Below are positions 20,022 to 33,092 of a DNA stretch of 64,000 bases, one piece after another (the stretch's first letter is position 1; every line of letters starts with the position of its first letter). The position numbers and the translations under genes are program-made. Under the pieces are notes generated by a model. The model was not told where the DNA came from and did not search any database. It was given only the letters and a program-made list of their open reading frames with translations. The stretch lies in contig CAWFSB010000033.1 of the NCBI GenBank assembly GCA_963818355.1, forward strand, positions 18,266-82,265, written 5' to 3'. This DNA comes from an uncultured Acidobacteriota bacterium (GTDB lineage Bacteria; Acidobacteriota; Vicinamibacteria; Fen-336).

Positions 20022-20593
20022 GCGCGGCCCCCGCGGACGCGATCGCCCGGGCCGGCGAGCTGACGAAAGCGGAGCGCCAGGTGCTCCTGCGGGTCGCTCG
20101 CGAGTCGATCGCGGCGCATTTCCAGGGGCGACGGCCGGCGCTGCCGCCTCCGACCGGCGCCCTGGCCGAGCACCGGGGCGCCTTCGTCACCCTGCACGGC
20201 GGCGACGGCGACCTGCGGGGCTGTGTCGGCCTGATGCGCTCGGACCGCCCGCTCCTCGAGACGGTGGCCCGGATGGCGGTGGCGGCCGCGATCGAGGACG
20301 GCCGGTTCGAGCCGGTCACCGAGGCGGAGCTCGACGGGCTCTCGGTGGAGGTCTCCGCGCTCTCCCCGCTCGGGCCGATCCGCCCGGAGGAGGTCGAGGT
20401 GGGGCGGCACGGCCTCCTCATCGGGAAAGGCGCCCGCCGCGGCGTCCTGCTCCCTCAGGTCCCCGGGGAGCAGGGGTGGGATCGCGAGACGTTCCTCGTG
20501 CACACCTGCCGGAAGGCCGGCCTTCCCGACCACGCGTGGAAGGAGCCCGGCGTCGAGCTCCTCGGCTTCACCGCCGACGTGTTCCGCGAATAG
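20018..20593 (+). CDS. amrA: AmmeMemoRadiSam system protein A (AMMECR1 family)
   Basis: Motifs GAFVTL, LRGCVG, DGRFEPV, GRHGL, GVLLPQV, CRKAGL. Confidence 0.93.
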   Translation: MSAAPADAIARAGELTKAERQVLLRVARESIAAHFQGRRPALPPPTGALAEHRGAFVTLHGGDGDLRGCVGLMRSDRPLLETVARMAVAAAIEDGRFEPVTEAELDGLSVEVSALSPLGPIRPEEVEVGRHGLLIGKGARRGVLLPQVPGEQGWDRETFLVHTCRKAGLPDHAWKEPGVELLGFTADVFRE

Positions 20594-21352
20594 TCAGGGA
20601 CGACTTCCGCCCGCCACCTCGACCACCTGGCCGGTGACGAAGTCGGCGGCCGGCGAGGCGAAGAACAGCACGGCGCGGACCACGTCCGCGGCCCGGCCGG
20701 GGTGCCCGACGGGCACGCGGTCCCCCAGCATCGCGTCCGCCGCCGCCGCCGCCCGGCTCCCGCTCTCGTCCTTCAGGAGGCCGGGGGACACCACGTTGAC
20801 CGTGATCCCGCAGCGCGCCTCCTCGAGCGCGAGGGCCCGCGAGAGCGCGACCACCCCGGCCTTGGCCGCCGAGTAGGCCGCCATCTGCGGCTCGCCCAGC
20901 GTGGCGGCCGCCCCGACCGCCGCGAAGTTCACGATGCGCCCGAAGCGCTTCTCCCGCATGTGGGGAACCGCGAGGCGGCACATGTGGAAGACCGAGTCCA
21001 GGTTCGTGGCGACGATACGCCGCCACTCCTCGGGCTCGACCTCCACCAGGGGGTTCCAGTTGAAGCTGCCCACGGTGTTGACCAGCACGTCGATCCGGCC
21101 CCACTTCGCGAGGGCCTGCTCGACGAGCGCGCTCGCGCCCTCGGAGCCCGAGACGTCGGCGAGGACGGCGATCGCCTCGCCGCCGGCCTTCTGCACGTCG
21201 GCCGCGACGGCCTCGGCGGCCTTCGAGTCGCGGCGGCAGTTGACCACCACGCGCGCTTTCTCCGCCCCCGCGGCGCGAGCGAGAGCGGCGCCGAGGCCTC
21301 GCCCGCTGCCGGTGACCAGGAAGACCCTGCCGCGCAGGCCGTCGTCGTTCAC
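20594..21352 (-). CDS. SDR family oxidoreductase
   Basis: Motifs VTGSGRGLG, YSAAK, ITVNVVSPG, FVTGQVV. Confidence 0.9.
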   Translation of the reverse strand: MNDDGLRGRVFLVTGSGRGLGAALARAAGAEKARVVVNCRRDSKAAEAVAADVQKAGGEAIAVLADVSGSEGASALVEQALAKWGRIDVLVNTVGSFNWNPLVEVEPEEWRRIVATNLDSVFHMCRLAVPHMREKRFGRIVNFAAVGAAATLGEPQMAAYSAAKAGVVALSRALALEEARCGITVNVVSPGLLKDESGSRAAAAADAMLGDRVPVGHPGRAADVVRAVLFFASPAADFVTGQVVEVAGGSRP

Positions 21353-23339
21353 TTGCCGGTCACCCTCATCATCTCCGTGGTGGTGGTCACCCCGCGGAAG
21401 ACCTTCTCGATCGCGGCCTCCTTGAGGGTCCGCAGGCCCTCCTCGCGGGCCGCCTTGAAGATCTCGAGCGAGCCCGCCTGCTGCGAGACGAGCCGCCGGA
21501 TCTTCTCCGTCATGGGGAGGATCTCGTAGACCCCGGTCCGGCCGAGGATAGCCCGTCTCGCGGCAGTGGAGGCAGCCCTTGCCCCGCCGGAAGCGGTAGG
21601 GCTTGAGCTTCTCGAACGGGATCTTCATCGCCGCCGCCTCGGCCTCGGTCGGCGCGTACTCCTCGGGCAGTGCGGGCAGTTCTCGCGGACGAGCCGCTGC
21701 GCCACGACCCCGATGAGGGTCGAGGTGATGAGGAAGTGGGGGACCCCGAGGTCGAGGAGGCGGGTGATCGAGGACGGCGCGTCGTTCGTGTGGAGGGTCG
21801 AGAGGACGAGGTGCCCGGTGAGGGCGGCCTGGACGGCGTGGTCCGCGGTCTCGCTGTCGCGGATCTCGCCGACCATGATGATGTCGGGGTCCTGCCGCAG
21901 CACCGTGCGCAGGGTGCTGGCGAAGGTCACGTCGATCTGCGGGCGGATCTGCACCTGGTTGAAGTCCTCGAAGACCATCTCGATCGGGTCCTCGATGGTG
22001 ACGATGTTCACCTCGGGCTTCGAGAGGTGCTTGAGCACGGAGTACAGCGTCGTGGTCTTGCCGCTGCCGGTGGGGCCGGTGACGAGGATGATCCCGGTCG
22101 GGCGCCCGATGAACTCGTTGAACTTCGGCAGGTCGTGCGGGCGAGAGGCCGAGCTCGTCGATGCTCTTGAGGAGGATGTCGGGGTCGAAGATGCGGAGCA
22201 CCGCCTTCTCGCCGAAGGCGGTGGGCATGGTGCTGACCCGCAGCTCCACCTCGTTCTTCATCCAGCGGAACGGGTGGCCGTTGGTGCCGGTCAGCGCGAC
22301 CGCCCCGTCCACCGTGATCGAGGCGTTCGAGGCCTTGGCCGTGAGCTTGCGCCGCTGCTCCGTGCCGCTCCGGTCGTTCACGAGGATCGTGTCGCCCACC
22401 GAGAGCGGGGCGAAGGGATTGGTGCCCGCCTTGCACTCCACGATCGTCGCGGAGCCCCCGGCCGTCCTGACGTTCGCCGCGCCGTTCATCCACTGCTCGC
22501 GCTTGATGCGGCCGTCCTGGGGGCGGCGCTTCTCCGCGAGGTTCGCGCCGGAGAGGAGCTTGATGCGCGAGACGACGGCCTCGTAGACTCTCTTCGGGAT
22601 GACGTGCACGTCGTGCAGCACCCCGTCGATCCGCAGCCGCACCAGGGTGAGGTTGCGCTTGGGCTCGAAGTGGATGTCGGAGGCGCGCTGCTCGAAGGCG
22701 TAGGCCAGGATGTGGTCGAGGGCCTTGATCACGGGCGCGGCCGCGGGGTCGAGGTCGGTGGCGGCCTTCGAGAGGTGCTCCTGGTTGCCGAGGTCCACCG
22801 TGGCGATCCGGCTCTCGGAGAGCTGCTTCTCCGCGTGCTGGAGGCTGGACTTGAGGTCGTAGAAGCCCTTGTTCACCGCCTCGATGTCGCGCGCGGGTCG
22901 CGACCACGCAGGTCGACGTCGAGGTCCGTGGTGCGCTTGATCTCGTCGATCCAGGCGGTGGGCGCGAACGGGTCGTGCACGGCGATCGTGATGCGCTTGG
23001 CCTTCTTGTCGATGTCGATCGCCACGATGCCGTTGCTGCGGGCGAACGGGCCCGGCGATGGCCTTGGTCACGACGTCGAGGTCGAGGTCGAGCGGGTTGA
23101 TCTTGACGTAGGGCAGCCCGGCGTGCGCGGCGAGGGCCTGGGCGATCTGCGCGTCGCTCGCGACCCCGAGCTGGATGCACCGCCTGCTCGGCGGAGAGGT
23201 CGTTGACCTTCTGGGCGCGGCGGACCTTGTCCGCCTGCTCGGCGGTCAGGACGTTCTGCTTGACGAGCACGCCGAGAAGATCCAGCACCTCTTGCAGGCC
23301 GGTGGGAGGCGCGGTCTTCTTCGTCGCAGGGATGGCCAT
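21349..23339 (-). CDS. GspE/PilB-family secretion ATPase with in-frame insertion (several frameshifts)
   Basis: Motifs RASDIHFEP, RLRIDGVL, EKRRPQDGRI, Walker A GPTGSGKTTTLY, TIEDPIE, LRQDPDIIMVGEIRD, TGHLVLSTLHTN; CxxC...CxxC zinc site. Confidence 0.9.
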
Positions 23340-23461
23340 GGAGCCGCTCTGGTCTGGATTATCGGAGCCGCTTCCACGGGCGTCAACTCGGAGCGAGATT
23401 GAAGGCCGCGTCTGCGCCGTGCTACGGTGGCCACACGTTCTTCTTCCCGGAAGTGAAAAGC

Positions 23462-24376
23462 ATGGCGAAGCGACGCGTGACCCTCATCGGCGTTCCCCTC
23501 GACCTCGGCGCCGGCCGCCGCGGCGTCGACATGGGCCCCTCGGCGTTCCGGGTGGCGGAGGTGGACGCGAAGATCGCGCACCTCGGCCACGAGGTGGACG
23601 ACTGGGGCGACCTGCACGTGAAGATCCCGGAGACGCAGGCCCCCGGCGACCCGCGTCTCAAGTACCTGAAGGAGATCCTCGAGGTCTGCGAGACCCTGCG
23701 CGACCGCGTGGGGGAGGCGCTCGCGGCGGGTGCGACGCCGGTCGTGCTCGGGGGAGACCACTCCGTGGCCATGGGCACGATCGCGGGGCTCGCGCGGCAC
23801 TTCCACCGGCGCAAGGAGAAGCTCGGCCTCCTCTGGTTCGACGCCCACGCCGACGCGAACACCGGGGAGACGAGCCCCACCGGCAACATCCACGGCATGC
23901 CGCTCGCCGCCGTGCTCGGCCTCGGCGCGCCCTCGCTCGTGAACCTGGCCGGCTTCTCGCCGATGGTGGACGGCTCGCGATCGGCGCTCGTCGGCATCCG
24001 GGACGTGGACGTGGAGGAGCGCGCGAACGTGAAGGCCTCCGGCATCGGCGCCTTCACCATGCGCGACATCGACGAGCGGGGCATGCGCGCGGTGATGGAC
24101 GAGGCCATCAAGCGGGCGAGCGCGGGCACCGCGGGCATCCACGTCAGCTTCGACATGGACGGCATGGACCCCGACTACGCGCCGGGCGTCGGCACGCCGT
24201 CGCCGGGCGGGCTGTCCTACCGGGAGGCGCACCTCGCGATGGAGATGCTGGCCGACACCCACAAGGTCGTCTCCGCCGAGTTCGTCGAGACGAACCCCAT
24301 CCTCGACCACCGCAACGGCACGGCGGCGCTGGGGGTGGAGCTCCTCTGCTCGCTGCTGGGGAAGAAGATTCTTTAG
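23462..24376 (+). CDS. rocF: Arginase
   Basis: Motifs GVDMGP, LGGDHS, WFDAHADAN, GNIHGMP, SFDMDGMDP, APGVGTP. Confidence 0.93.
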   Translation: MAKRRVTLIGVPLDLGAGRRGVDMGPSAFRVAEVDAKIAHLGHEVDDWGDLHVKIPETQAPGDPRLKYLKEILEVCETLRDRVGEALAAGATPVVLGGDHSVAMGTIAGLARHFHRRKEKLGLLWFDAHADANTGETSPTGNIHGMPLAAVLGLGAPSLVNLAGFSPMVDGSRSALVGIRDVDVEERANVKASGIGAFTMRDIDERGMRAVMDEAIKRASAGTAGIHVSFDMDGMDPDYAPGVGTPSPGGLSYREAHLAMEMLADTHKVVSAEFVETNPILDHRNGTAALGVELLCSLLGKKIL

Positions 24377-24377
24377 A

Positions 24378-24619
24378 CCTCCCTCGGCGCCCGGTCGAGT
24401 GGGCGCCGAGGGAATCTAGGCCGATCCGCCGGCTCGTTGTGTCCGTTCTCTCTCCATTGTCCGTTCCGGAAAGCCCCGACGAAAGACGGGTGTTGTTCGG
24501 GGAGCCGTAGGAGGCCGGCTTTCCTCGGGGCCTTCCGTAACGGAACGAGGGAGTGACGGAGCCGACGGATCGGCCCAGATTCCCTCGGCGCTCCGACTCG
24601 ACCGACGCGCCTCGGGAGG
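24378..24619. repeat. 242-bp imperfect palindrome (REPIN/MITE-like)
   Basis: About 60-bp terminal inverted arms plus about 30-bp inner inverted arms; left arm contains a perfect 12-bp stem hairpin. Confidence 0.75.
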
Positions 24620-24623
24620 CTGA

Positions 24624-24652
24624 TTGACACCCCCGTATGTCTCTGGTAACTT
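24624..24652 (+). promoter_or_regulatory. Sigma70 promoter for tRNA-Val/thrS
   Basis: TTGACA-N17-TAACTT, 17 nt before the tRNA. Confidence 0.75.
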
Positions 24653-24669
24653 TCGTGTTTCCGGCCGTC

Positions 24670-24744
24670 AGGCGCGTGGCTCAGTGGTAGAGCGCTTCCT
24701 TGACACGGAAGAGGTCGATGGTTCAATTCCATCCGCGCCTACCA
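24670..24744 (+). tRNA. tRNA-Val(GAC)
   Basis: Acceptor stem AGGCGCG/CGCGCCT, D-arm GCTCAGTGGTAGAGC, anticodon arm CTTCC-TTGACAC-GGAAG, T-arm GGTTCAATTCC, encoded CCA. Confidence 0.97.
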
Positions 24745-24808
24745 GCCCACGGGGCTGGACGAGTCGGCCAGAGGAGAGCAACGGACCTGTCATGCTGATC
24801 GAATCCTG

Positions 24809-26645
24809 ATGTCGTCGCCGAGCCCCGTCGAGCCGCTCGACACGACAGGTCCTTCCGGCGAGTCGAAGCCCGCCGATTCCCCGATCGAGATCTACCGCCA
24901 CTCGTCCGCCCACCTGCTGGCCGCGGCGGTGACGGAGCTCTTCCCGGACGCCCAGTGCGGGATCGGCCCGCCGACGGACGACGGCTTCTTCTACGACTTC
25001 CTCGTGGCGAAGCCGTTCACGCCCGAGGACCTCGTCGCCATCGAGAAGAAGATGGCGCACATCGTCAAGCAGAACCGGCCGATCGAGAAGAAGCTCGTCC
25101 CGAAGGCCGAGGCGCTCGAGCTGTTCGCGAAGAAGGGCCAGACCCTGAAGTGCGAGCTGATCGCGGAGAAGTCCGGCGACCCCGTCCAGTGCTACACGAT
25201 GGGCGAGTTCATCGGACTTCTGCCTCGGGCCGCACCTCGCCTCGACGAAGGACATCAAGGCCTTCAAGCTGAAGGCCGAGCCCGCCGCCGCCTACTGGAA
25301 GGGCAAGGAGGGCAACCCGTCGATGCAGCGCATCTACGGGTACGCCTTCTTCACGAAGGAGGAGCTCGACCAGCACCTCTTCCGGATCGAGGAGGCGAAG
25401 CGCCGCGACCACCGCAAGCTCGGCCGCGAGCTCGACCTCTTCTCGATCGCAGGACGAGACGGGGGCGGGGCTCGTGCTGTGGCACCCGAAGGGCGGCTTC
25501 GTCCGCAAGCAGATCGAGGACTACTGGCGCGACGAGCACCTCGCGGGCGGCTACGACCTCGTCTACTCGCCGCACATCGCGCGGCTCGACCTGTGGAAGA
25601 CGAGCGGGCACACCGAGTACTACAAGGCGAACATGTACTCGCCGATCGAGATCGAGAACGTCGAGTACCAGCTCAAGCCGATGAACTGCCCGTTCCACCT
25701 GACGATCTACAAGTCGCGGCTGCGCAGCTACCGCGACCTGCCGTATCGCTGGGCGGAGCTCGGGACGGTCTACCGCTTCGAGCGCTCGGGCGTCCTGCAC
25801 GGCCTCATGCGCGTGCGGGGCTTCACGCAGGACGACGCGCACATCTTCTGCCGGCCCGACCAGCTCGAGGACGAGATCCTCCGCGTGCTCGACTTCGTGA
25901 CGAACATCCTCCGCACCTTCGGCTTCGACCGCTACGACATCTACCTCTCGACGAAGCCGGAGAAGGCGAGCGGCACGCGACGAGCAGTGGGAGGTCGCGA
26001 CGGCGGCGCTGCGCAAGGCGCTCGAGATCGCGCGGCCTGCCGTACCAGGTCGACCCCGGCGAGGGCGTCTTCTACGGGCCCAAGATCGACATCAAGATCA
26101 AGGACGCGCTCGACCGCGTCCTGGCAGTGCTCGACCATCCAGGTGGACTTCCACAACCCGACGCGGTTCAAGCTCGAGTACATCGCCGAGGACGGCAAGG
26201 CCCACCAGCCGGTCATGGTCCACCGCGCGCTCCTCGGCAGCCTCGAGCGGTTCTTCGGCGTGCTGATCGAGCACTACGCGGGGGCTTTCCCGCTGTGGCT
26301 CGCGCCCGTGCAGGCCGTGGTCGTCCCGGTGACGGAGAAGCAGCAGGCCTACGCGCCGGGAAGTGGGCGAGGAGCTGCGCACGCTGGGCGTGCGCGTGCA
26401 CGTGGACGACCGCAACGAGAAGCTGGGCTACAGGATCCGCGAGGCCCAGGTGCAGAAGGTCCCCTACATGCTCGTGGTGGGGGACAAGGAAGTCGAGGCG
26501 AAGAGCGTCTCCGTGCGCCACCGCCAGGCGGGCGACCTCGGACCGCAGGACGTGGCGTCGTTCGGGGCACGCGTCGTCCGCCTCGTCGGCGGAGCGCGCG
26601 ACCCGGGAAGAGGCGCCGGCGCCGAGCGCAGGAGGTGTCTCATAG
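24809..26645 (+). CDS. thrS: Threonyl-tRNA synthetase lacking the TGS domain (multiple frameshifts, likely sequencing errors)
   Basis: Motifs [59 protein letters not shown], spread across frames. Confidence 0.95.
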
Positions 26646-27237
26646 ACAGCAAGACGGTCCGCATCAACGACCGCATCCGGGCGAAGGAAGTCCGGGTGAT
26701 CGACGAGGACGGGTCGCAGCTCGGGATCATGCCCCCCGGCCAGGCGCTGATGCTGGCGGAGGAGAAGGGCCTCGACCTCGTGGAGATCGCGGCCACCGCC
26801 ACCCCGCCGGTGTGCCGGATCATGAACTCCGGCAAGTTCTTCTACCAGCAGGGCAAGCGCGAGGCCGAGGCGCGCAAGCACCAGCGGCACATCAAGATCA
26901 AGGAAGTGAAGTTCCGGCCGAAGGTCGACGAGCACGACTTCGCCTTCAAGCGGCGCAACGTCGAGCGCTTCCTCGCTGGACGGCAACAAGGTGAAGACGC
27001 TCGTGATCTTCCGCGGCCGCGAGATCGTCCACAGCGAGATCGGCCGGGAGATCCTGAACCGCCTGGCGCAGGAGCTCGGGGACACCGTCCTCGTGGAGTC
27101 GCCCCCGCGGCAGGAGGGCAACACCATGGTGCAGATCCTGGCGCCGAAGAAGGAGGCCGTCGCCGGTCAAGCCGAAGCCGAAGGCGAAGAAGCCGCCGGC
27201 CGAGGCCGCCCCGCGCGCCGCCGAGAAGACCGAGTAA
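26642..27237 (+). CDS. infC: Translation initiation factor IF-3 (ATA start; frameshifted)
   Basis: GGAGGTG SD followed by ATA; motifs [40 protein letters not shown]. Confidence 0.93.
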
Positions 27238-27243
27238 GAGACC

Positions 27244-27456
27244 ATGAGAAAGCCCAAGAAGAAGCTGAAGCTCAAGACGAAGCGGGGCGCGGTCAAGCGG
27301 TTCAAGGTGACCGGGACCGGGAAGATCCTGCGCCACAAGTCGATGAAGCGGCACATCCTCACCAAGAAGGCCCCGGGCCGCAAGCGCGCCCTCGGCAAGG
27401 CCGTGCTCGTGTCGGACGCCGACGTCGAGCAGGTGAAGAGGATGCTCCTGGCCTAG
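27244..27456 (+). CDS. rpmI: 50S ribosomal protein L35
   Basis: [19 protein letters not shown]...HILTKK. Confidence 0.96.
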   Translation: MRKPKKKLKLKTKRGAVKRFKVTGTGKILRHKSMKRHILTKKAPGRKRALGKAVLVSDADVEQVKRMLLA

Positions 27457-27622
27457 AACGGCCTCTCGGGCGGGCGCGAGAGCCCCGCCCGGCGCCCTCG
27501 GGCGCCGAACCCCAAGCCTCGCGAAGAAGGGCAGCGGTCGAGCTGCCCGGGCCGGCGTCGCCGCCTGGAAGAGCGACGGGACGGGCCGATGGGGGCCCGG
27601 GCCAGACGAAGGGACGTCCGTC

Positions 27623-27985
27623 ATGCCGAGAGTCAAGCGAGGAAGCAAGCGCCGCGACAAGCGCAAGAAGCTGCTGTCGCGGGCCAAGGGCTACTTCCTC
27701 GGAAAGAGCAAGCTCTACAAGTTCGCGAAGGAGTCGGTGGACCGCGCGGGCAACTTCGCCTACGTGGGCCGCAAGCGGAAGAAGCGGGACTTCCGCCGCC
27801 TCTGGATCATCCGCATCAACGCCGCGGCGCGGATGCACGAGATGACCTACAGCCAGTTCATGGCGGGCCTGAAGGGCGCGGGAATCGCGCTCGACCGCAA
27901 GTCGCTCGCCGAGATCGCGGCCACCGACATCGCGGCCTTCGGCAAGCTCGTCGAGTCCGCGAAGGCGGCCCGCCCGAGCGCCTGA
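27623..27985 (+). CDS. rplT: 50S ribosomal protein L20
   Basis: Motifs MPRVKRG and [14 protein letters not shown]. Confidence 0.98.
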   Translation: MPRVKRGSKRRDKRKKLLSRAKGYFLGKSKLYKFAKESVDRAGNFAYVGRKRKKRDFRRLWIIRINAAARMHEMTYSQFMAGLKGAGIALDRKSLAEIAATDIAAFGKLVESAKAARPSA

Positions 27986-28033
27986 GGCCGGCATCGCGGG
28001 GCGCCCGCGCGGCGGGCGCGCCGCGACCCGCCG

Positions 28034-31174
<3,141 letters not shown>

Positions 31175-31185
31175 GGGAAGGGCAC

Positions 31186-31473
31186 GTGGAAGACAGCTTC
31201 AAGCTCCTCGAGGACAGGATTCACCGCGCGGCGGAGCGCCTGAAGACGCTCTCCGCCGAGGGCCAGTCGCTGCGCGCCGAGCTGGCGCAGGCGAAATCGC
31301 GGGCCGAGAAGGCCGAGCAGGCCCTCGCCGCGGCGGCCGCCCGCGAGGGGTCGGGCGCCGAGGAGGCCAAGAAGGCGGAGGCGCTCGCCCGCGAGGTGAA
31401 GACCCTGACCCGCGAGCGCGAGGAGATCCGCGACCGCATCGAGAAGCTCGTGGGGCTCCTCGAGAGCCTATAA
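31186..31473 (+). CDS. ZapB-like coiled-coil cell division protein
   Basis: About 95-aa coiled coil ending IRDRIEKLVGLLE; lies between pheT and zapA. Confidence 0.65.
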   Translation: MEDSFKLLEDRIHRAAERLKTLSAEGQSLRAELAQAKSRAEKAEQALAAAAAREGSGAEEAKKAEALAREVKTLTREREEIRDRIEKLVGLLESL

Positions 31474-31480
31474 TCCGTCC

Positions 31481-31795
31481 ATGGCGGACAAGCCCAGCCT
31501 CGTCCACGTCGAGATCTTCGGGCAGAGCTACGCGGTCAGGCCGGGGACCGACCCCGGCTACGTCGAGAAGCTGGCCGCCTACGTCGACGAGCAGATGAAG
31601 GACGTGAGCCGCGCGAGCGGGGCGGTGGACAGCCTGCGGGTGGCGGTGCTGGCGGCCCTCAACCTCGCCGACGAGTGCCTCCGCCTCCGCCACGACGTCG
31701 AGGAGGCGCGGCGCGAGTCGCGGGCCGCGGGCACCACGGTGGACGAGGGGATCGCCCGCCTCGCGAAGAAGCTCGGCTCGGCCCTCGGAGAGTAG
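31481..31795 (+). CDS. zapA: Cell division protein ZapA
   Basis: Motifs VEIFGQSY, LAAYVDEQM, VAVLAALNLADE. Confidence 0.93.
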   Translation: MADKPSLVHVEIFGQSYAVRPGTDPGYVEKLAAYVDEQMKDVSRASGAVDSLRVAVLAALNLADECLRLRHDVEEARRESRAAGTTVDEGIARLAKKLGSALGE

Positions 31796-31832
31796 GCTTG
31801 CCCCGGGGACGGGCGGCGACTATCATGCTTTC

Positions 31833-32012
31833 GAGGCTCTCTGCCTTGCCCGTGATGGATACGGCAACCTCGAACCAACGTCTTTCCTGAGGGGGTCCGA
31901 TTCGCCTCGCGGTGAGCATGCCTCCGCGTCGAGGAAGCCTGAAGCGCGGCTCAGGACTCCCACCTGGTGACCCGGTTCAGGGCACCTGCCACACGACAAT
32001 GCGGAGAGCCTC
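31833..32012 (+). ncRNA. ssrS: 6S RNA
   Basis: Conserved position after zapA; promoter TTGCCC-N17-TATCAT (31798-31826); closing stem GAGGCTCTCTGC/GCGGAGAGCCTC; CTCGAACC/GGTTCAGGG pairing; about 180 nt. Confidence 0.85.
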
Positions 32013-32015
32013 ACT

Positions 32016-33077
32016 TTGACCCTCCCCGTCTCGAGAACGCTCGCGCAGACCGGGGAGAAGGCGCTCCTGCGGCACCTCCAGGGGCGCATTCCCACCGCCG
32101 CGGGCGTCCTGGTCGGCCTCGGCGACGACGCCGCCGCCGTCGAGACCTCGCCCTTCACCCTCGTGACCACGGACAGCCAGGTCGAGGGCGTCCACTTCCA
32201 CCGTGACGCGGCCCCGCCGCGGCTCCTCGGCCGCAAGGCGCTGAGCGTCAACCTCTCGGACGTGGCGGCGATGGGCGGCATCGCGCGCTACGCCACGGTG
32301 AGCCTCTGCCTGCCGCCCGACCTCACGGTGGGCTGGGTGGACTCGCTCTACGACGGCCTGCTGGAGCGGGCGGCGGAGTCCGGGGTGGCCCTCGTGGGCG
32401 GCAATCTCACGCGCGCCCGCGACTCGATCGTGGTCGACGTCACCCTGCTCGGCGACTCGGGACGGCTCCTGCTGCGCACCGGCGCCCGGCCGGGGGATCG
32501 CGTCGTGGTGACGGGGCGGCTCGGGGCGGCGGCCCAGGGCGTGCGCCTCCTTTCCGAGGGCGCGCGCCTCGACGAGGACGGCGAGCTCGTCGCCACCGGG
32601 GTGTGGACGGAGTCCTCCGCGCCCGCGGTCCTGGCCTGCCTTCGCGCCCAGCTCGACCCGCGCCCGCCGCTCGCGCTCGCCCGCTCGATCGCCGAGCGCG
32701 GCCTGGCGCGGGCCGGCATGGACATCTCGGACGGCCTGTCGCTCGACCTCGTCGAGATCTGCTCCCGCAGCGGGGTCGGGGCGGTCGTCGAGGCCTCCGC
32801 GGTGCCCGTCGACCCGAGGGCGGCGGGACTCGAGCGCGCGCGGGGCGGCGACGCCCTCTCCCTGGCGCTTCACGGTGGGGAGGACTACCAGCTCCTCCTC
32901 GCCGTCGGCGCGGAGGAGGTCGGCGAGCTCGGCGAGCTCGCGCGGGTCTGGGGGGTCGAGGTCACGGTGGTGGGCGAGTTCGTCTCCGGCGAGCCCGTGG
33001 CGTGGCTGCGCGACGCGGACGGGGAGCGGCCCCTGGCGCCGGGAGGCCACGACCACTTCCGGTCGGGGCCGGCCTAG
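32016..33077 (+). CDS. thiL: Thiamine-monophosphate kinase
   Basis: Motifs GLGDDAA, EGVHF, VNLSDVAAMGG, MDISDGL, GGEDYQLL. Confidence 0.95.
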   Translation: MTLPVSRTLAQTGEKALLRHLQGRIPTAAGVLVGLGDDAAAVETSPFTLVTTDSQVEGVHFHRDAAPPRLLGRKALSVNLSDVAAMGGIARYATVSLCLPPDLTVGWVDSLYDGLLERAAESGVALVGGNLTRARDSIVVDVTLLGDSGRLLLRTGARPGDRVVVTGRLGAAAQGVRLLSEGARLDEDGELVATGVWTESSAPAVLACLRAQLDPRPPLALARSIAERGLARAGMDISDGLSLDLVEICSRSGVGAVVEASAVPVDPRAAGLERARGGDALSLALHGGEDYQLLLAVGAEEVGELGELARVWGVEVTVVGEFVSGEPVAWLRDADGERPLAPGGHDHFRSGPA

Positions 33078-33092
33078 TCGGGGCGGCTGGGC

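Noticed and set aside
22257-22492. Intein in the GspE ATPase
   Set aside because: No N-terminal Cys/Ser, no His-Asn followed by C/S/T at the C-terminal junction, and shorter than known mini-inteins.
20594-23071. Apparent GspE-SDR fusion ORF (similarly the PheS-PheT and GT2-GT4 fused ORFs)
   Set aside because: Artefacts of frameshifts joining adjacent genes; separate starts and stops are visible.
24670-24744. Integrative element at tRNA-Val
   Set aside because: No integrase gene and no duplicated tRNA 3' end noticed in the window.
27457-27622. L20 leader or T-box-like RNA between rpmI and rplT, or before thrS, pheS or valS
   Set aside because: No T-box consensus or recognisable leader motif; only generic GC-rich stems.
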